Shown: piece by piece, positions 26,004-38,039 of the stretch | Layout: each line of letters opens with the position of its first letter | How positions within the stretch are numbered: the stretch's first letter is position 1 | Assembly (NCBI GenBank): GCA_003344405.1 | Contig: NOWV01000166.1 | Location: forward strand, 1 to 64,000 | DNA: 64,000 nt | Reading direction: 5' to 3' | DNA from: Trichoplax sp. H2 | Lineage: Eukaryota | The notes under the pieces: model-generated | Told to the model about the DNA's origin: nothing | What the model saw: the letters and a program-made list of their open reading frames with translations, nothing else | Databases searched by the model: none | Made by a program: the position numbers and the translations under genes

Positions 26004-27378
26004 TGTGATAACCCTTCTAAAACTGGCGAAATACATGTTATTTATAAGCTCTTCTTACTGTATGCAAATTGCAATAATAATACGTGTTATAATTATTGTT
26101 CCGTAGACTCCACTGCCATGTACTGTAGTGTACTGTACATAAGATAGAATATTCATTAATGTATAAATGTATGGACACCAAAAATTATTCAGGATAACTG
26201 AAGTACATACTGCATACTAGAGTTGGATACTGTAAATTATAAACTACTCTGTCCTGTTAAACATCTGCTTCCATTATTACACCAACGGAGAATTTCGATA
26301 TTACAAACAAGAAATTTATGCTAGCAGCTAGTTTATACCCGCTGTTGAGGATGGTTGCATTTGTATCTTCTAATAAATTACACAGCTATCAATGTTACTG
26401 CAACGTGATAGATAGTACTATCGATAAAACTACTGTGATTAGTCATATACAATACTGTGCATGATTGTATTACTTAGTGGGCTGTGATTTGCTAATTTCT
26501 GTTGGCTGCGGTTAATGCGCAACTGGTGTAATGTCGAAGTAGTTTACTGATACTGCACTAGGCTTTGTATGGAATCACCGTTGCAACGATGCTCGCACTG
26601 TTTTTTTTATCACTGGATTTTGTAACATGATCAAAGTACTCATTACTAAATATACTTAACCGCAGTTCAGAAATCTAAAAGCTTTCTACTATCATGTATC
26701 TCTATCTCTAATGCGTGTCACTATGATCTACTAGTATTCATATTCTTAAAATGTAACGTCAAAAAATGTTAAAGAAAACAAGATTATACTACACGTATGC
26801 TGCCAGTTATACTTTCTATCGAGGCATACCGACTAAAAGTATGTTTATATGCCGACCTGCAGCGCCCTCTTCTCAATAGGAGCTCACGACATTAGAATAT
26901 CAACCAAGCCTATTGACGGGGCATAACCTCAACATGTTTCTCAACAACATCGATTCGTTTTAATATTTTCTAAATTTTATACTACTTACATCGAAAGAAG
27001 CGTTGTAATCATGTATTTACTATTTCAGGATTCTTTTTCTACATTTGCCTATAATTAAAAAAATTTACTATAATTACTACTGTAACCCTACTTGCTGTAC
27101 CTCACTAAAAAGCTAAAAATAAACAAAAAATAATACTGCAATATATTGTCGCGGAATGAAAAGTTGTCGAATATTTTATTAGTCTATTTCTATCTAGCCT
27201 TTTAAATTATGGCTCTTTACATGAGGATATAGCGTACATGAAATGACGCTATGTGCTCCAGGTCATATCCTACCTACTAAATGTCCAGGCGTTAACCTGA
27301 AAATTTCGTTCTTACATCCAAGCTTCTGTGATTACTCAGCAAAAAGCTAGAAGCGTATCTATTCGTAGGTAATCTCAA

Positions 27379-27394
27379 CCATGGACTACTAGAA
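27379..27394 (+). mobile_element. Solo left TIR of the CCATGGACTACTAGAA mini-element family
   Basis: CCATGGACTACTAGAA matches the family consensus terminus. No partner TIR was seen nearby. Confidence 0.5.
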
Positions 27395-30300
27395 ACTCTC
27401 CGACGTGATACTCCTCCACAATGAAAGGCCACATACGGCCATTGCATAATATTGCAACCGTAGTTACAATCACTGTTACAAAATATAAAATCTCTTACTG
27501 TCTTTACCTAAACCTTAATGCCAAATGCATTTCCTTTACAATAAAACGTATACATGCCTTCTGTAGTACATAGCAGTATTAAATGTCAGCATTGCAGATC
27601 GATAGTATGAGGTTCTCTGAAGATATTTGTCAAAGTGATTCATTATCATACGTATAAATAAAAGTATAATGCTGTCTTTAACTTCTATTGGTATGAACTG
27701 AACATCGATCACACATGGATCGTTGTAACAATCTTTTACAGACGTTAGAGTACTTTTTTGTTTACGAATAACTCTCCAGTCAATTAACATGTTGACAAAA
27801 CAAATTACAAATGATGTACATTTCCTGTAACTGAGGCATCATTTTCATAATTTATCATTTACACTGATATGGATCCATTCCAATATCACAATACTTTACA
27901 TATATTATATAACAATATACGCCAATAAAAAAAAAATCGCCATGCAGTCACGCCATTGCACTGTACTTTAATAAGATCTTATTCATATTGCTAAACGACT
28001 TAATTCCGACGAATTACATGCCATAGTATAAATTTATAGTATATGCATACTATAGACCTATGTTATCAGCCAATGAAAGGTGGAAAAGCAGCAACTTTTA
28101 ATGTTCAGAATTTTTTCTGTATTGTTAATTTTCTAATACAAACATCTTACCGTATTTTACTGTAATCTTATCGTTGGTGGCATAGCGAATTTTAAAGATG
28201 TAATAGCTCGTCTAATTAATTATCGTACTTAATACTATCGCTGTTAGCCACTAAAATTACTCCGACTTCTGCTTCCTGAATAGATTAGTTAATTGTTAGA
28301 CAAAAAGTCCTAATGAAAAATTGCTAATCCAAATCTAATCTACCCACAGTATGCTAATATGCAATACTGTACTATTTATATTATTCAATTCTACTAATAC
28401 CCATCTTTTATTTGCAAAATAAGAGCAAAGAGCAGACAAGCCGAAACAATCGCTTTGACATTACTATTTCGTATCGCTATAACCTCGAGAAATCGTTGCA
28501 GTATAAACAAGTCGATGACCTAGCATAATAGAGATTACCAAATTATGAATTTATTATCCCTCACGTAACAGCATAAAGACCTTGTAATGTTTGTCCTAAT
28601 GTTCCTTGCTGACAAAGATAATTATTGTGATAGCTATTTGACGTAATAAGTATTTTGTTAGGCTTAAATGATGGATTATGGATAGCACAAACATTGAACC
28701 TGACGCTATTTTTTTTAATTAATATTTTTAAATATTTTAGTCATAGCCTGTGCGATTATTGTATTAAGAAATTAATTTTCTTGACGTGCAAGTGGTAGTA
28801 AACGATTTACCCTATCCAAACCCTTTCAAGATCAGACGCGTCGGATTTGGAGATCATTTGAAAAAAATGCGAGCTTTGACTCTATTCCAGCAAGCTCACT
28901 GATTTTGTTGCAAAATTATTTATATAGTCACAAGTTGTATGGCATTGAAGATCTGCTACCTTCAGCATTTAGTTTATGAGAATAGATTTACACAACCCCA
29001 AAATTGACATACATGGATTTAATTTATTGCTATATAACGTTAGTAAAAGATAGTAAAGAACATACTGGCTCAAACACGTATTTAGATCGCTAGGAATCTT
29101 AATGGAACACGTAATTTTACTTTGACGATAGTCTCGTGTCTAGTTACTATCGAAACACAGACTCGTATCATAACAATCATGTTGATTAGCGTATGCTAGA
29201 ACTATAATATGGCTTGAATCTAAATCTACTTTAAAATAATATACATCCGGAATCAGGAGTATAAATTACATGTAAATAATAAATACTCAAGTATATAAGT
29301 AGGCTGATAATTAATAGTTTTCGTAATAAAATATTACTTCACTTGATATTCTATCATGAGAGAAATGCTTGTAAATAATAAAATTGAATGATTGGAATAA
29401 ATACTTTGAGACAGCTTTGTGTCAATATCATGGAACAAAAGCATTCTGTTTAAACAATTAATATTTCTGCAAGATTAAAGCCTAAACTAAAAAAATACTC
29501 GAAGTATATTCGTACTCTCGAGATTTAAATCTGTATGGTGATCAACTTTACAAAAATAATCATAAATATAAAGTGTAAAAAGCAATAACAAACTTATACA
29601 GTAAATTCTTTTTAATTTATTCATGGTGCTTTCTTCAAGCCAATTAAAATAGGGTATAATATATGTTTCGACAGGAAGATTGTTTAATCAAGTGACTGTT
29701 ATTCAATTATTATATAAAATTAGTTGTTAAAATAGCAATTGCTAGTTACTAAGTACAATTTGTAGAAATTTTTATCCAGTCTATCGCACTAGTGTCAAAT
29801 GACTGGCGTCTATACCTATCGGCGCCAGCGACGCAAAGAAAACAATTCATATGTCTCTCGCTAATGCCAGACGAATATTATCTGAAAATTTAGTACGTAT
29901 TTATTATCACACAACTTTAATCGAGCTTTAGTAGCAGGAACAAATCTTCGTTGACAACCTAACCTTCCTATTTTGATTACTACAACACCCGTTGAAACAA
30001 GTTTCTAATTCTCTGTACTGAAAGTTAAAAATTCTTGTAGCAGCTTATTCGTGATTTTATCGAAAATCTATCTCTACCTACCATAATATCTCGGCCTACC
30101 CTTTCTGTAATTAGCCATTTAGAATACGTGGAGTATCAGTCTTTTATCCAAAATTTAGTGCTTCGAATTTCTTAATCTTTACCCATCTTTGCGCGAAGCA
30201 AATAGATTTTCAAAACTTCAAGTAATTACCCGAAAAATAAAGTTAAGGTAAATATTAATAGAAGTACCATTTTAACGCCATTTAGTAAAGAAAATTTTTG

Positions 30301-30549
30301 GTGGTATTGGTCCGATCAATTATAATTATATTATATAATAATTATCTGTTTTATGAGTAGAGCATAGTACCTACTGTACAGGAAAGTGATGCAAAAGTAG
30401 GAATTGTTATACAGTATAGTGTATAGTTCAGACAATTTACAGTTAACGATGAAAAGTAAGATCGCCTGTAAATGTAAACTTAGTTACCTCGTGATTTAGT
30501 GATATCAATTTTATCGTTTCATTCTGGCTAAAGAATCGATCATCACAAA

Positions 30550-33500
30550 ATGGAATTGGACACTATTGAAGAATTTCGTAGAAACGGCAAATCAGTCATT
30601 GATTTCATTGCCGATTATTTCACTACCTTGCACATGGATGAAGTTCCTCCTTTATCAGAAGTTCCACCAGGCTATTTGCGCTCTTATATTCCGAATGAGG
30701 CACCTGAAGAAGGCGAAGACTGGCAAACTATCATGGAAGATGTAGAGGAAGCTATCCTACCGGGGGTACTGTTAAATATTGTATTCTAAGATCTTAAACT
30801 ATGTAAATGGAGTTATTATACACTCTGATAGAAAGTCCACCATTATCATAATGCTTTCGTTTCCAGTTTTTATTTTTTCCGTTTTTCTCTTGTACTAGAT
30901 TGAGCGCATTGAACTAGGGGTTTTATATTATCGCACCGCAGATTTTAAATAATAGATTATACTTCGTTCTTATATATTTCAGTTTTCGATCCTGTATCAG
31001 TTCTAGATATGTATAGCTTACCTTTAGTGATTAGCTATACCTACTTGCTTATGACGTCCCGTAATATGCTTAACTTCCGCAGTAGTGGTAGTTTTATAGC
31101 TCTCAGTTTCTCGCTATAAAATTTGTAAAATATGGTATAAACCTTATTCTAATAGTAGAAAGCTCTTACAACCGCAGCTGTAGTAATTTTACCAAATTAA
31201 TGATATATATTTAATTTTGTTATTTGATTATGATGTTTATTAATACTGTATATCAAAGCAACCTAAAACTAGAATATCCTACTTCCGTACAACTAATTAG
31301 AAAAGAATTAACAATCTTGCACTTTTCATCGCCGTGTTACTAAATCGTTGATGACATTGCTTTGAAAACATCATATTTATCCGACCCTGACGGAGTTCGC
31401 TAAAAGTAAGTTGTACTTATCTATTTATGATCACAGGTTACCCATTGGAACAGTCGTCACTTTCATGCTTACTTCCCACATGGCCTGAGTTATCAGGCAA
31501 TGCTAGCAGAGCTACTAGGGACAGCTTTTGGTATGGTTGGATTTACTTGGGTACGGCAGTAACGCTATATATTAATTTTTACCGTACAAACTAAACTTAA
31601 AAAATGCGCTATATGACAGTGTATAGCTCTTTCGGTCAATATTATTAGACCCTAAAATAATAAGTGTCTATGATATTAGATGTGTAACTTCAGCACAGAG
31701 CATCTCAACACAAATTGAGCTACTAAACATTTTTAAGACATTTATAATCTCAGTACCCCTTTTCTTCACAGAAAGCTGGACCTGTGTCAACTGAACTTGA
31801 AACTATAGTCACTAATTGGCTAGGTAATATTGAAAAAGAACTACAGCACATAAATTGTATTGATTAATGCATATACAAAAAGTAACCAGAGATGGAGTGA
31901 CCGCTACGATAAGATTAAATTTGTACTCTATGTTTATTGTTGTAGTATGTTCGAATTTAATCATGAGCACTTTTGTTACGACAATTACCCTCAGTTACAT
32001 CTTCATTTTTTCTTCTAGGTGAACTAATTAATTTACCAGACGAATATTTGACTTACAGTAGCACACATTGTAAGGGTGGTGGTGTATTATTGGTAAGAAT
32101 ACTGTTTAGATACAAATTATGGTAATCATAGGAGATATTACATGATTTAAATAATAATATGTAACTACTCAAATAACTTCTATGAAATTTTTATGCAAAA
32201 TATCATGCAACGTAAGGATAGAAAAAATATAAATACAATTTGTAGCCTTGAATTTGATAAGATTTTTCATGTTTTATCTAGAGCTCAGCATCAGATTGCT
32301 TGATGTCGGCACTAATTGCTGCAAGGTATAAAAGGATTGAGACAATGAGGGCTAAACACTACCGTGGTTTTGATTCCAGTAAACTGTTGGGGAAATTTAT
32401 TGTGTATACTTCAGAACAAGTATGTACGATAGTTCAATATTTTTCCAATTGCTAAGGGCAGTAATAGATGCTAGACAACACAGTCTACATAGCAATAACT
32501 ATACTTGCGTATGTTTTCCCCACTATGCATAAATTTATATTGATTTTGGCTTGTACGATTGCAATATCAAGATTAACGTCTCAGTAGAGAAAGTATGTAT
32601 GGCAATGAAAATTAAAGTCAAAAAGCTAGAAACTGATGATTCCTTTGCTGTCCGAGGAGAAGTCCTTGATAAAGCAATCGAGGTAGTATGAAATGCGTAC
32701 TATAATTAAGTTTTATAGACATTCATAGAAGTTTGTTCTAGAGTCGTGTCAGTTGGATTGTACAAATTTCCTGCAATACTTGCTTCCAACTACTAGTGTA
32801 TTATAGTCATTATGAAGTACACCGCACTGTTTACTTGCTATTAAAGCTGTACCTGTATGTATTATGTTGCATTTTTAGGAAGATAAAGAAGAAGGCTTAA
32901 TTCCTTTGGCGGTACGCAATATTATTGTAGATTTACAGATTCATGATTAAAGCTATAATCAGTATAATTAGAAAGAAACTACAATTAAGCGATAAGTTAC
33001 TCATTCTTGTCAACCTTTCCATGAATCAGTCATCTTTTGTGCTCTTTTAAAGAACGTTCACCTAAATGATTCACTAACTTAGGAAATTTTCCAATTCTCA
33101 TTTTTGATACCAATAGGTTTGCGCTACAATGGGAACAACAGACTGTTGCGCTATTGATAACTTAGCTGAAATAGGACCAATCTGTAAGAGCTGATCATAT
33201 ATTAGTATATATTGTTAAATTGCTTTATCTACGATCGATAGGGATTAATGTTCGCCTGTTCAATCGTTGTTAGGCCAACGAGAACACGTTTGGCTACATG
33301 TAGATGCAGCTTATGCTGGCGGTGCTTTAGTTTGCCCGGAATATCACCACTGGTTGGATGGCGTGGAAGTAAGTTGAAATGGTTACTATTAGTTATAGGG
33401 CAAAAATACTACCTTATCGCATATTTACATATAGAAAATTGTACCAATGTCTATTCACTTCTAATGTCAATATATTTTCTCTATTTATTTACTTTCCTTT

Positions 33501-35146
33501 TCGGTATAGTACACCGATTCCTTTTGTGTCAGCCCACAAAAATTAATGTTAAACACATATGGTTCTGCCCTCTGGTAATCATTTTTTTAGTTTGAGATAT
33601 GTAGGAGTGGTTTTTATGACTTTATTTAGAAATTTTGAATTAGCTTTGGCTAAAGAAACTGAGAATGTACATTCTTGTATAATAATATATTCATAGCAAA
33701 TTTATTTCTTTTTAATATAGGGTAAAGAATCGTCTCATATTAAATCACGCTGTAAATCAGTTTGAAGAACCAATGTACTTACATGGCAGAAGAGGAAGTA
33801 GCATTTCTGGTGAATGGCATCTAAGAGCTTGTAGCTTCAGCGCAAAATACCGACAAAATATTGAACAATGTGAATGTAGGTTTTACGAAAGCAATTAGTG
33901 CTGTATTTTATTGAGCTATTTTTTCCTGTCTACGCTATATAATATGCATTTGTAACTCGGTTTCTTCACTTTTAACACATATCCTCTATACATTAATTCA
34001 CAATTCGGCTAAGCAAGGCAGGATAACAAACTTTAAGGTATTGAATTAGTGATATGTCATGAGTTTATTCCCCTTTACTAATATTTTAAAGTAAAGCTAG
34101 ATTCAACTCTTAAACACTCCTTAATTAATAAATTATATGTTAGGATTGGCAAGTTCCATTAAGTCGAAGGTTCTCTTCGCTTAATCTCTGGATAGTATTA
34201 CGAAGTTATGGTCGTACTGGATTGCAAGAACATGTACGCAAGGTAATATTTTAGCCTCGTAGGGGTATAGCTACATCAACATAAAATTTTATTCCTTTAC
34301 ACGGAAGGTAGTTTAAAAAAATTGTGTGCTTGATATTTCTATTTAAAAAGTAATTGTTTCTTATATTAAAAAATAACAAAATTAACACAATATGTGATTT
34401 TGGGATATTTAACATATAGCATGTTCGACTTGCTGGGATGTTTGCTGATTTTGTTCGAATGGATGCTAGATTTGAGCTAGCAGCTAAGCCAACTCTTGGT
34501 TTAGTATGCTTTCGGCTAAAGGTATGTATTACTAAGAAAATCACAACACAACTTCTTCGCAATCTCATAGCAATACTAAAGTATGCTTTTACAGTACCTG
34601 TTACTGTACAGTAATTAGCACAATATCGGTGAAATATCGTAATCATAAGTTAATACTTACCGTAGCTACCACGTATATAATCCCATAGTATCAGCGTAAT
34701 ATAGCCATCCTACAGAAGTTATTTTAAAAATTGTAACTAGCCATAAAAAAAATCTTAAATGATACTTGAAAGTATAACGTTCAATAAATCATCGGTTTAT
34801 TGGCTAGTCTTAATTTAAAGTTTGGTATTTAAAATTTAACAAATCGTTGCTGCTATAAAATGTGGCCCTTTAGAAACATATTCGTTTTAAATTTATGTGG
34901 TCTTTATAAGAATCTTATTTTAATTTTTTTGAATATTTACCTTTACAGGGGGCGAGTAGCTTAAATGAGGCATTTCTGGATTCAGTCAATAATACTGGTA
35001 AGCTCCATTTGACGCCAACAACATTGAGAGGAAAATCGGCTATTCGATTTTGCATCTGTTCCAACATTACCAATGACGCCGATGTTCGTTTCGCTTGGCA
35101 AGTTATTGAAGAAGTAGTAGAAGAGTATGCTGACGACTTAATGTAA
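30550..35146 (+). CDS. DDC: Group II PLP-dependent aromatic amino-acid decarboxylase family protein (DDC/TDC/HDC-like; orthology unresolved), 15 coding exons, about 490 aa
   Basis: Exons 30550-30765, 31437-31550, 31772-31823, 32019-32092, 32282-32419, 32572-32682, 32879-32911, 33117-33183, 33274-33368, 33510-33574, 33721-33809, 34018-34037, 34144-34242, 34420-34521, 34949-35146 sum to 1473 nt in frame. Motifs [47 protein letters not shown] (PLP Lys), [18 protein letters not shown]. Confidence 0.93.
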
Positions 35147-36962
35147 ATGATTTTTATACTGCTAGTGTGATAATCAAAATTCAACGAGTTAATAGTTCGC
35201 TTTATATGCCTAAAATGCTAGGTACTTCAGTATGCATGATAGCAGCACTATAGTTTCAGTCAGTATTGACTGAACAAATATACATGTGTTAATGTAAATC
35301 TTTGAATTTCTTAGATAGTGCTGTACCCACCTAATCTTTTAATGCTCTACATGCTTCGGCATACAATTTGTTTCTCGATAGTATGAGTGTAGTGAATCAG
35401 ATTTTCTCCCTCTATTATGACGTTATAAAGCAGGCGTAATGTTCTTTTAAATGTTATCCTTACTTATGCAAAATGTTGATTAAGTGCATATGGAATTCAA
35501 ATTTAAGTTTTGTTTGATGCATATGAAAAAAGTAATATCGTAGGATTCAGGGTTCACAGTCAGTTGCACTTTCTGTTTATACCGTGGCGAATATATCCGA
35601 TTTTGCCACATATTCAACATTCAACATGTAGTTACTGTTACAATCAAGGCGTGTAATTATGTTGCGCATCTTATTGCAGTATCAATGCAATATAAATAAG
35701 AGTATATATTTTTCTATATGTATACGTAGTAATATCACATAAGTAACTACGCACAATTGCAAATTCTTATATCATAGCTACTGAGTATGTACACTCAAAA
35801 CGTATAACAATGTGAATATTAGCTAATTGTGATATGCTATGTGTGTTCGAGTGTAATACTGTACGCATTATCTATCATAGAACATATAGCTTTAATATAT
35901 GCGCATTTTGTGTGCGATATAATTGATTTTGGCTTATTACCTTTGGCTGCTTTACTCAAATGACTGCTTCAGTATACGAAATACTGTGCTGCATATAATA
36001 ATTGTCCTTACATAACTGTATAGTAATGATGACATTGTTGTATACAGCTAAACTTTTGAGCTATTTTCTTGGTCAAAGTCATATGAAAATTCTGATTCTA
36101 CAGGTTGATCAGTTTACCGATATATATTTAATATAATTGTTCCAAATTAATTTCCCTGACGTTAATTATGTGGTTAATTTCTATATTGGTCGAAATGAAA
36201 ATGATGTATTTTTCAATTACTACCTGTTGTGAAATCCTACTTTGCTCAATTATCAATCTTAATAAATAGAAATATTCAATTAGCTCTGCCCGCATACTTG
36301 TATGACAACAGCTAAGAAAAATTACAATATTAATATGATTTGATAAAAAAGATGTGACGTTGACTGGAATTGATAAAATGTAATTGAGTAGTTTGACGGA
36401 CCAAATTTAACAGTCATCGAGCATGGAATATGGGGCACCAGGCTCATTCATACTAGCTCTTTCTGCATAATAGTGGGGAAAGGATACCATTAGTCTAGTG
36501 CATCACTTCCATAGAGTAGAATACAATAGAGCTTCTGTATAACTTAGCTATCACAAGATAGTTTCCAAGTTTATTGAATAGATGTACAGTATGTAAAACA
36601 GGAGCTGAAAAATTATCTCTCCAAATATCATCGAGTAACAAGCCTACTCGTTTGTATTTATTGCTAAAAATACCCTTACCGAAAATTAGATATAATGTCT
36701 TTACAGTTGTTGCATTGCTGCATGAATTATGTATAAGAGTTGTGCAATATTCCCCCAAATCTTTTCAAATATACGAGTAGTCGTTACCGTGATAAAATAC
36801 TACAGCAATATTGTGGTTTGTAACATGAATTTTAAAGCAAGATCAAGGTATCGAGCAACTATCAAAATACAGAGTATGAGTACAAGTACTATCAATTGCT
36901 ATTAACTTTATATGGATAATGACAGGTTGGGAAATTTAAAGTATGTATTCTCGTAAAAGCGT

Positions 36963-37496
36963 TTACAAAAGTCCTTTACGCTTAGCAATATACTTTTGAT
37001 GGTAGTCTTCCGCGTTATAAAAGGTAGAAGAAGGAATGATGTCAGTCACAGCCTTAATACCTTTCTTGATAAGGGCATCTTTGGTTTGATGAGCGAGTTT
37101 TTCTTGTTCTTTGTTGGCGTAGAATATAACAGATCGATATTGTCTACCCACATCGGGGCCTTGACGATTTACCGTGGTAGGATCGTGGGCCTTCCAGAAT
37201 ACGTCCAACAGTTCTTTATAAGTTATTTGCTCGGGATTGAAGTCTATTTTAACGACTTCAGCATGGCCAGTCTTGTCAGCACAGATTTGTTCATACGTGG
37301 GATTGACTGTGTCACCACCAGCGTAGCCGACGGTAGTTTCTTGGACACCTTTTAGTGTCCGAAACTTTTCTTCTACACCCCAAAAGCAACCAGCACCAAA
37401 CACAGCTGTTGAAGTCATTTTCCTGAGTAAAATTCGAGAGATAATTGAATTGGATTGCAATCGGTAAGAATTCAAATAGGCTAATGACCGTAACAT
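36963..37496 (-). CDS. MSRA: Peptide methionine sulfoxide reductase A, intronless, with putative mitochondrial presequence
   Basis: GCFWG active site, VGYAGG, NPTY, TGHAEVV, HDPT, RQGPDVGRQYRS, AEDYHQKY. A 26-aa Arg/Ser/Leu-rich, acid-free extension precedes a second Met. Confidence 0.97.
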   Translation of the reverse strand: MLRSLAYLNSYRLQSNSIISRILLRKMTSTAVFGAGCFWGVEEKFRTLKGVQETTVGYAGGDTVNPTYEQICADKTGHAEVVKIDFNPEQITYKELLDVFWKAHDPTTVNRQGPDVGRQYRSVIFYANKEQEKLAHQTKDALIKKGIKAVTDIIPSSTFYNAEDYHQKYIAKRKGLL

Positions 37497-38039
37497 AATC
37501 GAATTGAATATTATACAATATACTTTTCTATATCATGAAAGGGCAGGATCGCTAAATCCGGCAATGGTACAATAGTACCAGCTACCGGCAGGGATTGTCA
37601 TTAGGTCATTGGCTGTACCAGTCGTTGGTTGTGCTCTGTCATCATTGCGAATGCAAAATCACCATGAGTCGGTCCATCCGACCCACTCAACACTGTTGTG
37701 TTCGAACCTTTCTCAGGTCTTACAGTACGTACATTAAAATAGTAGCGTTCTGTCGCTTCTTGGACAGAGAGACTTACAGTATGCAGTAGACCTGAATGTA
37801 CTACATAAACAGGACAACTAGCTGAATCAATCACAAAAGTGAATCTCAAAATAATAATAATCTCCAGTAATAATCTCAAATAATTTTATATCATTGCACT
37901 AGTCTAACGACTCTAACCTCGCTCCGTCGTTCGTCATAATTGAACGTACTATCAAGCTGGACTAACTGTATACTTTTGACTGTACTATTTGAACAGTCAC
38001 TCATTCGATCAGTTGCATTGATCTTGGCATTCATAGTCA

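Noticed and set aside
26100-30500. Long gene-free stretch checked for RNA genes and transposase or RT remnants
   Set aside because: No tRNA, rRNA or snRNA signature and no transposon ORF could be recognised by eye. It is probably upstream regulatory DNA of the DDC-like gene.
36996-37355. 119-aa antisense ORF over MSRA, and similar antisense or alternate-frame ORFs over CEP350, the DDC-like gene and CDC26
   Set aside because: Shadow ORFs of real coding exons with no recognisable domains.
2217-37496. Biosynthetic gene cluster of P450, decarboxylase and MsrA
   Set aside because: The P450 and decarboxylase are about 24 kb apart with unrelated housekeeping genes between them. MsrA next to a possible H2O2-producing enzyme is suggestive, but adjacency alone is not evidence.
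37601-37879. 92-aa minus-strand ORF upstream of MSRA
   Set aside because: Non-ATG start, no recognisable homology and no supporting exon structure.
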